From: Telmatocola sphagniphila | GTDB lineage: Bacteria > Planctomycetota > Planctomycetia > Gemmatales > Gemmataceae | NCBI RefSeq assembly: GCF_018398935.1 | Contig: NZ_CP074694.1 | Coordinates: forward strand, 5,490,001-5,522,000 | Direction of reading: 5' to 3' | Length of the DNA: 32,000 bases | Shown here: positions 17,163 through 26,393 of the stretch, in pieces | How the letters are laid out: every line of letters begins with the position of its first letter | Numbering within the stretch: position 1 is the stretch's first letter | The notes under the pieces: model-generated | What the model saw: only the letters and a program-made list of their open reading frames with translations | The model's database searches: none | Told to the model about the DNA's origin: nothing | Program-made: the position numbers and the translations under genes

Positions 17163-18389
17163 GTGAACAGCGTTTTCCTTGCTGCCGCGGTAGTGCTGTC
17201 GATTCAGCCGATTCGAATCGAGCTCAAACAAAAAGCGACGTCGTTAGTGAAGCAGCTCGGGGATGGTTCTTTTCGCAAAAGAGAATCGGCGAGCAAGGAT
17301 CTAATCGTTCTGGGACTGAATTCCCGGGAAGCTCTGGAGGCTGGGGCAAAGAGTAGCGATCCGGAAATCCAGCAGCGTTGTAAATTACTGCGGGTCGAGA
17401 TGGAGAAGATGGAGTTGAATCGCCGGATTCGACAGTTCACGACCGACCCGATGGTTTCTCTGCCGGGCTGGAAAACGTTCAGCGAGAAATTCGGGTCCGA
17501 TGCATTGACCCGAAAAGTTTACGGACAGATGGCGGAGGTGGGAGGGGAACGGTTCGTATACTATGAAAGCGAGCCAGAAGGAGCGGCACGATTTTTTATT
17601 TCTGAATATCAGCGCCTTTCAGGAGAATTACGCAATTTAGACTATGATTTTAAGAAATTGATAGATGATAGAATAATATTGTTTTCAATATTATTCTATA
17701 TACTTCAATTAGAGAAAATGGAAGATCAAATTTCTCGTTCGGACCTATCCATTGTATTTAGTCTCGATTCAATGCCGATTACTCATTTAATACAGGGCGA
17801 GGCGCTGAAAATATTGTTGAGAGATAAACCGGAATCTCCAGTCTTCAAAAAGATTCTTCTGGGTTGGATGGGAAAAATTACAAACGACATAGCAATTCAA
17901 AGTTTGGGATACGATTTTGAATTATGTTTGATTCTTAATTCGCTAAGGGATAACAAATTGGATGAGGGAACAGAAATTATAAAAAAACTGTTAAAAGATC
18001 CCCGATTCGTAAAACAAAAAACTCAGACGAAAGGGTATGTTCTTCACGCTTTCGCAAACTTCGCTAAAAAACAAGACCTAAAAATATTTGAATCCTTTCT
18101 GAACGACGATTCTCGCACGACCGATCATCTCCTCGGAAATAACGGAAATCCCATTCAGTATCAGATTCAAACTCGCGATATTGCACTCGCTGCGGTTCTC
18201 CATTTAAATGGAGAAAAAATCGAGGATTATGGCTTCGATGGCTGGCGATTTGCCGACCAAGACGGAATAAACAATTCCATTGAGGTATTCAGTTTCATAA
18301 CCGAAGAAAACCGCAAAAAAGCCTTCCAGAAGTGGTACGATCTGAAAGAGAAGAAGGCCAAGGAATCGGCGCCAATGCCGAAGAAGTGA
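17163..18389 (+). CDS. Hypothetical protein, helical-repeat-like, with a sharply AT-rich central portion
   Basis: 408 aa with a GTG start preceded by GGGAG. It has a hydrophobic N-terminus, then LVKQLGDGSFRKRESASKDLIVLGLNSREALEAGAKSSDPEIQQRCKLL. I recognise no catalytic motif. Confidence 0.6.
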   Translation: MNSVFLAAAVVLSIQPIRIELKQKATSLVKQLGDGSFRKRESASKDLIVLGLNSREALEAGAKSSDPEIQQRCKLLRVEMEKMELNRRIRQFTTDPMVSLPGWKTFSEKFGSDALTRKVYGQMAEVGGERFVYYESEPEGAARFFISEYQRLSGELRNLDYDFKKLIDDRIILFSILFYILQLEKMEDQISRSDLSIVFSLDSMPITHLIQGEALKILLRDKPESPVFKKILLGWMGKITNDIAIQSLGYDFELCLILNSLRDNKLDEGTEIIKKLLKDPRFVKQKTQTKGYVLHAFANFAKKQDLKIFESFLNDDSRTTDHLLGNNGNPIQYQIQTRDIALAAVLHLNGEKIEDYGFDGWRFADQDGINNSIEVFSFITEENRKKAFQKWYDLKEKKAKESAPMPKK

Positions 18390-18497
18390 CTAGTGCCTGG
18401 ATTTTCGATACTTCGATCCCGCATCGGGACCGCTCCAAATCCTGATTTGGAATTTATAGCGAGTTTGATTATATCTTCCTGAGCCGTCGAGAACACC

Positions 18498-19076
18498 ATG
18501 TCTCAAAATAACTCTCGAATCACCATCCATATGGTCGCCAGCCTCGATGGCTTTATCGCCCGCAAGGACGGCCGGGTGGATTGGCTCGAGACTCCGGATG
18601 AGTTTCCCGGCGGATCGAGTTTAGATCCCGAATTTGTCGACCAATTTTTGAAATCGATCGATTGTTATGTCCTGGGGTCTCATACTTATGAATCCGCATT
18701 GAAGTTCGAGGAGCAGGGCTTGGGTTGGCCCTACGGCGATAAACCGACTTTTGTTCTGAGTAGTCGTCGGCTGCGTCGTAACCGGGATACTGTAAATTTC
18801 TACTCGGGAGATCTCACTCGGTTCGTCCAGGAGCAACTTCGGCCCCAGTTTCGCTCGATCTGGTTTGTCGGAGGAGGGTCTGTTTGTGCCGAGTGCATTC
18901 GACTGGGGCTTGCGGACGAAATCCGATATTCAACCGTGCCCATTCTGATCGGCGAAGGTATTTCTTTCTTCTCCAAGCTTGAACGGGATGTGCCGCTCGA
19001 TCTCAGGGAGACCAAAGCTTACAAAAATGGCATCGTGGAGCTGGTTTATGAGGTGTGCAGTACTTCCGATCATTAG
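18498..19076 (+). CDS. Dihydrofolate-reductase-like (RibD C-terminal domain) family protein
   Basis: 192 aa containing ITIHMVASLDGFIARKDGRVDWL ... YVLGSHTYES ... IWFVGGGSVCAECIRLGLADEIRYSTVPILIGEGISFF. Confidence 0.85.
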   Translation: MSQNNSRITIHMVASLDGFIARKDGRVDWLETPDEFPGGSSLDPEFVDQFLKSIDCYVLGSHTYESALKFEEQGLGWPYGDKPTFVLSSRRLRRNRDTVNFYSGDLTRFVQEQLRPQFRSIWFVGGGSVCAECIRLGLADEIRYSTVPILIGEGISFFSKLERDVPLDLRETKAYKNGIVELVYEVCSTSDH

Positions 19077-19201
19077 GAGAGAGCGAGACTCATGAACGGG
19101 CAGGATCGGCGGCAACAAACTATTTATAGCCGTAAGCACTCCGAGCAAGAAATTGAAATTCCAGCGGGAGCGGCGTTTCATATCGAGGATCTTCCGATTC
19201 T

Positions 19202-22200
19202 TCAAACTGACCTCTTTTTTCTCTTGTTTTGTCCGATTACCATCAGTCCCATTCCAGAGCCGATGAGCATCAGAAATCCCGGCTCTGGAACAGCAATGAA
19301 ATTCAAATAAATATCTCCATTGCTATCGCCCGTTACGGTCAGTTCGTATTGAGAGCTGGAGATATTGGTGGTTGTAAATTGAGTTTGGTTGGTAATGTCG
19401 AGACTCGACACATTCCCGGCTCCTTGAGCAATCAGGTAGCTGTAACTGTTGGGAAACTTCAGGCTTACCGAGCTGGCATCAACATTGAAAGTCGTTCCGC
19501 TGCTGATGGAAGTCGTTCCGCCGGTAATATAGATAAAATTGTTATGAGTGGGATAGGGTAGCGATCCCAGATCGGTACTCCCGCCCGTATTCGCAGAAGC
19601 GGCCGTGCTGGCATCAGCGATCTTGATTCCAACGATGGCACCCGAGGAAAGGGTCAGGCCGTTGCCGAGATTCAATGTACCGACGGCAAGTGCGCCGATA
19701 TCTCCATTACCCGGCGTAATCGCGCCGCCGGAAGCCACCGAAACCGGTCCGGCTATCATCCCCGTGCCACTCAACGTGCCGGGGTTGTTCACTTTAATCT
19801 GCAGGGTTGAAGTGGTGGAACCCACCGCGCTGGCCACCCTCAATTCTCCCGAGTTAATATTGATACTGGCATTAGTGTCGCCATCCAGATAACCGGGCTG
19901 GGTCAAAGTCAGAATTCCCAGTCCATTTTTATTGAACCCAAAATTACCGTAAACTCCCAGTGGACTATTCAAGGTCGCATTGAAGCCATTGGTATTGATG
20001 ATTCCCGTGGCGTTTGCCATCACAACGACCTGCCGGGAAGTCGTCCAGTTGGTATTGAGTACGATTCCCGCATCATTTTGACTTTCGATGGCTATTTGCG
20101 GTGCGTTACCGAGTGCGGCGTCCGAACTGATCCACAGTGAGCCTTCGTAGATTCTAATCGGTCCCGAGAAAGTATTGTTCGTATTGGTAAGCATAATTCC
20201 GCCGGATAAAGCTTGTGTGGCATAAATAGACAATCCCCCGGAGCCAGAGATGACTCCACTCAAGGTCAGAACGGGTCCTGAAAAATTCCGGCCATCCGTG
20301 CGTATGGAACTGTATCCGGAATTGAGCGTGATATTCGAACTTAAAGTTATGCTCGATGCTCCGGTATCGTCCCATAATCCCGCGGGTTGAAATAAACTGT
20401 AATAGGAACTTCCGTTCCCGGAATTCAATGCGATCGAAGTGGGATTTCCCAGGGCTGAGAGTGCCATGAAGGAAACGAAACCCGAATTGACGGTCAACGG
20501 ACCACCGATATTGTTGGCCGTATTGCTGAGGTAGAGCGTACCCGGCCCAGATTTGGTCAATCCATTCGCATTAGAAATGATCCCGGATACCAGCATATCA
20601 TTCTGCACGAAAAATTGGGCTTCACGCCCGTTAAAATCGAGAGTTGCCGTGGATGCAACCTGCGTCGATCCGGAGCCATTCTGAAGAAAGAGCACGACTC
20701 CGCTTTTCACCTGCAAAGTGCCGGTCCCCAAAATTTGCGAATCATTCATCGTTAATGAATTGATGGACGTGGGACTCGAACCGAGAGTGAGAGAAGAGGT
20801 GAGCAAGACATTATCGTACGTCGAAGCTCCAATCGTAACGCTCGCGGCGTATTCCGAGGACGCCAGGGGCCGAATGCCCGTGCTCCCATAGGTCACTAAG
20901 CTTGGAGTGGCGCTTCTCTGATTTCCGACCTGCGTTTGAGCGATGGCATAAGGAAGAATCGAGATGGTTGTAGTCCCGGCTGCTCCGCCCCCGCCCAGCA
21001 AGTCGGAAGTGGGTGCGGTGCTGAAGTAAATATTGGCGACACCCGCACCGGGCGCATCACCAAAACTCGAACTATTTCCTTCAAATAAAATGGTACCCCG
21101 TTGTGCGGAGCGTGAAAGACTTGCAAAGGTGAGAGTGGTTCCCGTGTTACCGGTTTGAGAGGCATCCACAGACACCACGGAATCCCCACTAATTGTCAAA
21201 GCTCCTGCCACCTGTTGGGTTCCAGTTTGATATCCCCCGATGAGGTTGAACGAAGCGCCCGACAGCGATACGGGGGTTGTCGAGGTGATTCGATTATTAT
21301 TGTTATTGGCGGCACTGGAATTGCCGTTAATATCGATGGCATTATTAAACGTAACGGATCCACCGGCATTCAATTGTATTCCCGAGGAATTCAAAATCGT
21401 GGCGTTGGGTCCCACTAAATAAATATCACCGAGAGCTCCTCCTCTGGGTTGCCCAGCGGTGGGACAAATTGCGGAGCCAAGTGGTCCCTGGAAGGTGTTT
21501 GTTCCGTAAAGAGTGAGCGTGCCGTAACCAATCGCATCTGTAATGATCACTCCTCCATTACCGGAAAGCACGCCGGACATCAGGAAACCACCCGGATTAT
21601 TTCGATCGCCGCCGTAATAGAAATTGGCGTTTAGAGTGAAGTTGTTTGGAAGTGCGGTACTCGCTCCATCCGAGACGAAAGTGCCTCCATTCACAATGAC
21701 GTTCCCAGTCGAAAGAGAATTGGAATCTCTAATTCGAATATTCCCTGCTTGAATGATAATGGAACCGTTTCCGCTGGCTCCGGAAGCGGTGTTGAGATTA
21801 GAAAAAGTCGTGAAACCCAAGTTTTGGTAGTTGGTAGGTCGATCAACCGTGACTGTCGCACCGAAGGTCGCCCAGGCGATATCTATCTCACCGGTACCGC
21901 TTCCAGCGATGGTTGTAGCCGCGGAAAAATTGGCATAGTTCAGATTCACCAATCCATAACTATTCATGTTGACTTGAGCATTGCTTCCACTGAACTTAAT
22001 GGTGTTGACGCTCGAGTCGCTGGAATTTCCCGTATTAATTGAAATCGTTCCCCCGATACCGGAAAAATTCATCTGGTTGGTCTGAAAGTTATTTCCCAGA
22101 TTGTTGAGAGTGTTATAACCCGTGGTATCTCCATTCGGATTCGAGAAATTGAGGATGACCGAGGACCCACCTCCGGAGGGTGGAACGCCTCCTGACCAAC

Positions 22201-22321
22201 TTCCGGCACTCCAGTTGGTAGTACTGCTGGGAGTATAGGGCCCTTCCCAAGTATAAGTTTGACAGTAGGCTTCTGAACTCAAATGTAAACACGTAAAAAG
22301 ACAGATCATAAATCGAAACAT
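19202..22321 (-). CDS. PEP-CTERM-anchored autotransporter-associated beta-strand-repeat surface protein
   Basis: 1039 aa. The signal peptide is MFRFMICLFTCLHLSSEAYCQ. The body is a G/S/T/N-rich beta-strand-repeat region, for example LTKSGPGTLYLSNTANNIGGPLTVNSGFV. The C-terminus is VPEPGFLMLIGSGMGLMVIGQNKRKKRSV. Confidence 0.85.
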   Translation of the reverse strand: MFRFMICLFTCLHLSSEAYCQTYTWEGPYTPSSTTNWSAGSWSGGVPPSGGGSSVILNFSNPNGDTTGYNTLNNLGNNFQTNQMNFSGIGGTISINTGNSSDSSVNTIKFSGSNAQVNMNSYGLVNLNYANFSAATTIAGSGTGEIDIAWATFGATVTVDRPTNYQNLGFTTFSNLNTASGASGNGSIIIQAGNIRIRDSNSLSTGNVIVNGGTFVSDGASTALPNNFTLNANFYYGGDRNNPGGFLMSGVLSGNGGVIITDAIGYGTLTLYGTNTFQGPLGSAICPTAGQPRGGALGDIYLVGPNATILNSSGIQLNAGGSVTFNNAIDINGNSSAANNNNNRITSTTPVSLSGASFNLIGGYQTGTQQVAGALTISGDSVVSVDASQTGNTGTTLTFASLSRSAQRGTILFEGNSSSFGDAPGAGVANIYFSTAPTSDLLGGGGAAGTTTISILPYAIAQTQVGNQRSATPSLVTYGSTGIRPLASSEYAASVTIGASTYDNVLLTSSLTLGSSPTSINSLTMNDSQILGTGTLQVKSGVVLFLQNGSGSTQVASTATLDFNGREAQFFVQNDMLVSGIISNANGLTKSGPGTLYLSNTANNIGGPLTVNSGFVSFMALSALGNPTSIALNSGNGSSYYSLFQPAGLWDDTGASSITLSSNITLNSGYSSIRTDGRNFSGPVLTLSGVISGSGGLSIYATQALSGGIMLTNTNNTFSGPIRIYEGSLWISSDAALGNAPQIAIESQNDAGIVLNTNWTTSRQVVVMANATGIINTNGFNATLNSPLGVYGNFGFNKNGLGILTLTQPGYLDGDTNASININSGELRVASAVGSTTSTLQIKVNNPGTLSGTGMIAGPVSVASGGAITPGNGDIGALAVGTLNLGNGLTLSSGAIVGIKIADASTAASANTGGSTDLGSLPYPTHNNFIYITGGTTSISSGTTFNVDASSVSLKFPNSYSYLIAQGAGNVSSLDITNQTQFTTTNISSSQYELTVTGDSNGDIYLNFIAVPEPGFLMLIGSGMGLMVIGQNKRKKRSV

Positions 22322-22748
22322 GAGTCGGCCCCGATCTTCCCGGAATTTCGTGAAAATAAAATAAACGGAATTCGCATTCTGCCAAAATGAAAATCGATTA
22401 AAAACAGCGCTCCAAGCTGATCGAGTTCCAAATGTAACGAGGAGAAATGATTAAGAAATCTTTTGGAATTATTTGTAAGTAATAATGCTCTCAGAATTGA
22501 TTAAATATTATTGAAAAATAATACTTAAGTGCGTTGTTGGTGCAATGTTATTTAGATTTCAATCCTCCAGGCTGAGACAACTCGAGAAGCGTCCGCGCAT
22601 CCCCCATCCCCTACAGCCGGTTTTACCGGCTTCTCACCCAGCCAATCTCTGCTCTGCAAGATAAGCCTCATTTGAGCAGTAGTGCCCCTGTCGGCTAATC
22701 TGAAGGAAACGATTTCCCAGACTTCTGACCTTTGTTCAAGAGTTTCCC

Positions 22749-23150
22749 ATGAAAAAGTCACTGGTGTTGATGACTCTGCTATTTTTCGGTTCGTTTGCCC
22801 GGGCTCAGGAACCAGTCCTGGGCTCGAATTCATTGTCCGGCAGTTGGACAGGCACCTGGCTCAGTACCGACTCCGGCCATAAAGGTCCGTTGAAGGCCGA
22901 GCTGATCGACCAGGGCAACGGCGCTTATCAGGCCAAGTTTCGTGGGCGTTTTTTCGCAGTCATCCCGTTTCGCTACAACGTCACGCTGAACGTGGTGCAA
23001 CAGAATGGCAATCAAACGACGCTGGCCGGTTCTTCCCGGCTGCCGTTCTTCGGAACCTTCCAGTACTCCGCCGTTTCGGATGGCCAGAGCTTGAACGCCG
23101 AGTACACTTCGCGAAGCGACCACGGGCAATTTCAGTTGAGGAGGAGATAG
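22749..23150 (+). CDS. Small secreted hypothetical protein (133 aa)
   Basis: It has the signal peptide MKKSLVLMTLLFFGSFARAQE followed by a beta-rich body. Its 3' 209 nt are duplicated at 26596-26804. Confidence 0.7.
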   Translation: MKKSLVLMTLLFFGSFARAQEPVLGSNSLSGSWTGTWLSTDSGHKGPLKAELIDQGNGAYQAKFRGRFFAVIPFRYNVTLNVVQQNGNQTTLAGSSRLPFFGTFQYSAVSDGQSLNAEYTSRSDHGQFQLRRR

Positions 23151-23412
23151 GGGGCAATTTTCCACGCCGCCTTTTTGGATTGTCTTCGAAAAATTCAAAA
23201 ATCGAATCCGGGCTTTTTACGAAGTTCGAATAATTCTGGATAACTGGCATGAATTGCCAGCGAATATTGTGAAGTTTATGACGAAATGGCCAACGATTTC
23301 AGTCTCACCATACAAGTAGTTATTTCAGTGTATTGAGTGCTTTGGTAGCATTTTTTCTAATTTCTTCTGGATAAGATTCGCTCGTGAATTCTTTGCACAT
23401 TTTTTTAAATTC
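22942..23412. repeat. 471-nt direct repeat, copy 1
   Basis: It aligns to 26596-27066 at a constant offset of 3654 nt, and I count 9 mismatches. It covers the 3' part of the 133-aa gene, the spacer, and the last 31 codons of the minus-strand paralog. Confidence 0.95.
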
Positions 23413-23479
23413 GTTTAGATTATTCTTTTTTTTGCTGCATTCCATAATATAGGGCAGATAGAAGGATACTTGCACTAGG
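23320..23479 (-). pseudogene. Detached 3' fragment of paralog A, separated from its body by the IS insertion
   Basis: The reverse strand reads ...LVQVSFYLPYIMECSKKKNNLNEFKKMCKEFTSESYPEEIRKNATKALNTLK*. This is colinear with the C-terminus of paralog B (...YLPYISTSSINKIYYPEFKKMCKEFTSESYPEEIRKNANKALNTLK*). Confidence 0.85.
23474..23479. repeat. Target-site duplication ACTAGG, left copy
   Basis: The identical hexamer abuts the other IS end at 25336-25341. Confidence 0.7.
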
Positions 23480-25335
23480 CCTTAAAACAGCGTAGTTTTT
23501 TGGGGAATTGTTTCGATTTATCGAAGAAAGCTCGAAATCCTTTTTGTTTTCTGCGGTTTGTGTAAGTAACCGCTTAACAAATCGACAGTCGCAAAAAGGA
23601 GTTTCGAGTGAATGTTATTTTCGGACGTTGGTTTCAAAAATGCAAGAGTCGAATCGAACGTCGCCTGGCTAAGCGAGAGGCCGCGATGACCTTCGCTCCT
23701 TCTTTCGACGCCTCCAACATTCATTACGAAGTCTCCGAACGCGTGGGGGCGATCAGTTGCGGAGGCCTCGGGGCCATGCACCTTCTGGCCCGGCGTATCG
23801 GACTGATCGACGACATCGACGAGAAGCTGCATCTGCTCCAATTTCAAAGGCCTTACTCGGAATCGGACCACGTGTTGGCCATCGCTTACAATTCCCTTTG
23901 CGGGGGTACCTGCCTGCAAGACATGGAACTGCGTCGCACGGACGAAAACTTTCTCAACGCCTTGGGCACTCAGCGTTTTCCCGACCCGACTACTTCGGGC
24001 GACTTTTGTCGACGCTTCGATAGTGGCAGCATCCAGGCTTTGATCGACGCTTTCAACCAGACCCGTTTACGCGTCTGGTCGAAGCAACCCGATTCCTTTT
24101 GGGAATGCGCGAAGATCGACGCCGACGGCAGCTTTACCCAAACGCGTGGCGAGCGTAAAGCGGGGATGGACATCAACTATAACAGAGACTGGTGTTACCA
24201 CCCCCTGGCGGTGACCCTGGCCAACACCGGTGAGACGCTGAGCATCGTCAACCGTCCCGGCAATCGCCCTTCGCACGAAGGGGCCGCGGTCGAACTCGAC
24301 CGGGCTCTTTTGCTGTGCCTTCAAGCGGGCTTTCGCAGGATCGTCTTTCGCGGCGACACCGATTTCTCGCAGACCACTCGCCTCGACGGCTGGGATGCCA
24401 ACGCCAAGGTACGCTTTTATTTCGGCTACGATTCGAAGCAAAACCTCGAAGCAATCGCGGAAAAACTGCCGGAAGCGGCTTGGCACAAGCTCGAGCTGTC
24501 CCGCGCAATACTCGGCGAAAGCGAAGTTGCGACACCGACGGGAAAACACCAAGGAGCGGATCGTCCAAGAGCGGGAATTCGTAAATGTGAAGTTGATCTC
24601 CGAAGCGGTGGCCGAGTTCGAGTACCAACCGACCGCTTGCCGAAGGGCGTATCGCCTGGTGGTGATTCGCAAGAATCTTTCCGTGGAAAAAGGCGAATCC
24701 GTTCTGTATCCGGACGAACGCTATTTCTTCTACATCACCAACGACCGGGAGTGCACGGCCGCCGAAGTCGTCTACGAAGCCAACGATCGCTGCAATCAGG
24801 AAAATCTGATAAGCGCAGCTCAAGGGCGGTTGCCGGGCCTTGCACGCGCCGCTGCACGATCTGGAAAGCAATTGGGCGTACATGGTGATGGCCTCCCTGG
24901 CCTGGAACTTGAAAGCCTGGTGGGCCTTGACGTTGCCGGAAACTCCTGGTCGCTGGCGGGAAAAGCATCGGGACCAGAAGCAGTCGGTTTTGAAAATGGA
25001 ATTCAAAACCTTCCTCAATGCTTTCATGCTTCTGCCTTGTCAGATCGTCCGGAAGGCCGGCCGCATCGTCTATCGATTGCTCGGCTGGAACCCGCACTTG
25101 CCAATCTTCTTCCGACTACTGAAAGCACTGAGGTGCTGATCGTTCGACCGACTGAAGTCGGGATCCGGATGTCCCGATCCGATAAAACGCCGAGAGCTAT
25201 TCGCGGAAAGGAAGAATGTTTGAAAAATAGAAGTATGCGTTCGGCCGAGCGAAAAGCTCCGGCGTGGGGGACTCATCGAACTATCTCGCTAAAACTCCCC
25301 ACGGAATTGGCATCAAAAACTTCGCTTGTTTGAGG
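23480..25335 (+). mobile_element. IS1380-family-like insertion sequence (1856 bp)
   Basis: The terminal inverted repeats are CCTTAAAACAGCGTAGTTTTT (23480-23500) and the reverse complement of 25315-25335, CCTCAAACAAGCGAAGTTTTT; they match at 17 of 21 positions. ACTAGG direct repeats flank the element. It holds a single DDE transposase reading region. It interrupts an ORF whose two halves rejoin in frame. Confidence 0.85.
23608..25139 (+). pseudogene. IS1380-family (DDE_Tnp_1-like) transposase, disrupted by two +1 frameshifts
   Basis: Three consecutive frames carry the protein. Frame 1 runs from GTG 23608 to ...EAAWHKLE at about 24497. The next frame reads PAQYSAKAKLRHRRENTKERIVQEREFVNVKLISEAVAEFEYQP...YFFYITNDRECTAAEVVYEANDRCNQENLI to about 24810. 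The third frame reads AQLKGGCRALHAPLHDLESNWAYMVMASLAWNLKAWW...LLKALRC*. The sequence after each shift in the old frame is Arg-rich nonsense. Confidence 0.8.
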
Positions 25336-26345
25336 ACTAGGGGCGGGTACACAAATTTTTTATCCGTTTGATATAAATACCGATAAAGTTTTACTATGAA
25401 TTCGAGGTCAAAATCCATCGTAAAGACGCTACTGTTTTTATTGTGAGGATACTTAATGAGAGTCCACTTACCTTCACCTAGACTTGACGAAAATTTGCGC
25501 AGTTGAGATTGATCATATTCATTCTGACGATGCAAGGTATTTGCATAACAAAAAATTCTAATCTCTGAACTTGACCACTTTTTACCCATATTATTAGTCA
25601 TATATTCGTTAAGGAAATAAAAAGTGAAAGGATGAGATTTCGAACATGATTCAATAATATCTATGTAATTATCTTTAGAGGGCTGATTTAGGAAGTATTT
25701 CCAACGAGTGATGGACCATGTTGAGATATAATAATTATCTGAACCGATACCAGTTTTGAGCAATTCTAATTTGTTTCGTACGTTCGAGCAGGAGAATCTT
25801 GTAAGAAAATCCACAAAGGGGTTCACTTGACTTGAGACAATTAGATTGTCCTGCTCTTGAGTCTTATCATCGAAAAAGGTAGGGTACGGGCATATTGGGC
25901 ACCAAAGCTTTGACAGTTCATTTTTGGTAGTGATAGCAGAAACTTCCCCTTCAATATTCTCATTATTTTCTTTTATGAAAAAAATTCCGTAACCTCCGAT
26001 ATGAGGGTTTTTAATATACTCGATTCGAGAAGGATTATAATCGTATTTTGATATATCTGCGAAAAAAAAGGGGATTGTAGCAGTAAATGCTCGAACAATA
26101 AATTGTTTGTTTTGATATTTTCGATCACCTATCAAAACCTTCTCAACAATCAAAGTGCTTTTAAAAGTGCATGAAAGGTCGACTCTGCTGTACAGTTCAT
26201 CGTTTGGACGATCCGTTTGTCGATAGAATCTATCTGAAACCGTCAAGTATCTCCCAAGGACTAAAGTGACATCGGTTGGTATAATTTGCACAATATTACT
26301 AAAGAAAAGTATGAAGCAAGATTTTGCTAAAACTGTTGACAACAT
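25281..26345 (-). CDS. Paralog A of an unrecognised AT-rich protein family, 3'-truncated by the IS insertion (last 17 codons read into the IS)
   Basis: 354-aa ORF. It is colinear with paralog B, with roughly half the positions identical by eye. Shared blocks include VLGRYxxVSDR, DLSCTFKSTL, FIVRAF, AITTxNELxKxWCPIxPYP, YFLNE, GKWT and YLYQxDKxFxYPP. The tail LKQAKFLMPIPWGVLAR is encoded by IS sequence (25281-25335). Confidence 0.75.
   Translation of the reverse strand: MLSTVLAKSCFILFFSNIVQIIPTDVTLVLGRYLTVSDRFYRQTDRPNDELYSRVDLSCTFKSTLIVEKVLIGDRKYQNKQFIVRAFTATIPFFFADISKYDYNPSRIEYIKNPHIGGYGIFFIKENNENIEGEVSAITTKNELSKLWCPICPYPTFFDDKTQEQDNLIVSSQVNPFVDFLTRFSCSNVRNKLELLKTGIGSDNYYISTWSITRWKYFLNQPSKDNYIDIIESCSKSHPFTFYFLNEYMTNNMGKKWSSSEIRIFCYANTLHRQNEYDQSQLRKFSSSLGEGKWTLIKYPHNKNSSVFTMDFDLEFIVKLYRYLYQTDKKFVYPPLVLKQAKFLMPIPWGVLAR
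25336..25341. repeat. Target-site duplication ACTAGG, right copy
   Basis: It is identical to 23474-23479 and lies immediately outside the right inverted repeat. Confidence 0.7.
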
Positions 26346-26393
26346 AGGTTTTGTGTCTCGCTTTCTTTGAACTTCAAAATACCTAATTTAGTT

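Noticed and set aside
23244-23260. A small hairpin, CTGGCA-TGAAT-TGCCAG, in the convergent spacer inside the repeat, with a second copy at 26898-26914. I considered it as a bidirectional terminator.
   Set aside because: The stem is only 6 bp and has no adjacent T-run, so the evidence is insufficient.
24490-24815. Programmed ribosomal frameshifting in the transposase.
   Set aside because: To my knowledge, IS1380-family transposases are single-ORF proteins. Two separate shifts would be required, and neither site shows a slippery heptamer such as A-AAA-AAG. Mutational decay or sequencing error is more parsimonious.
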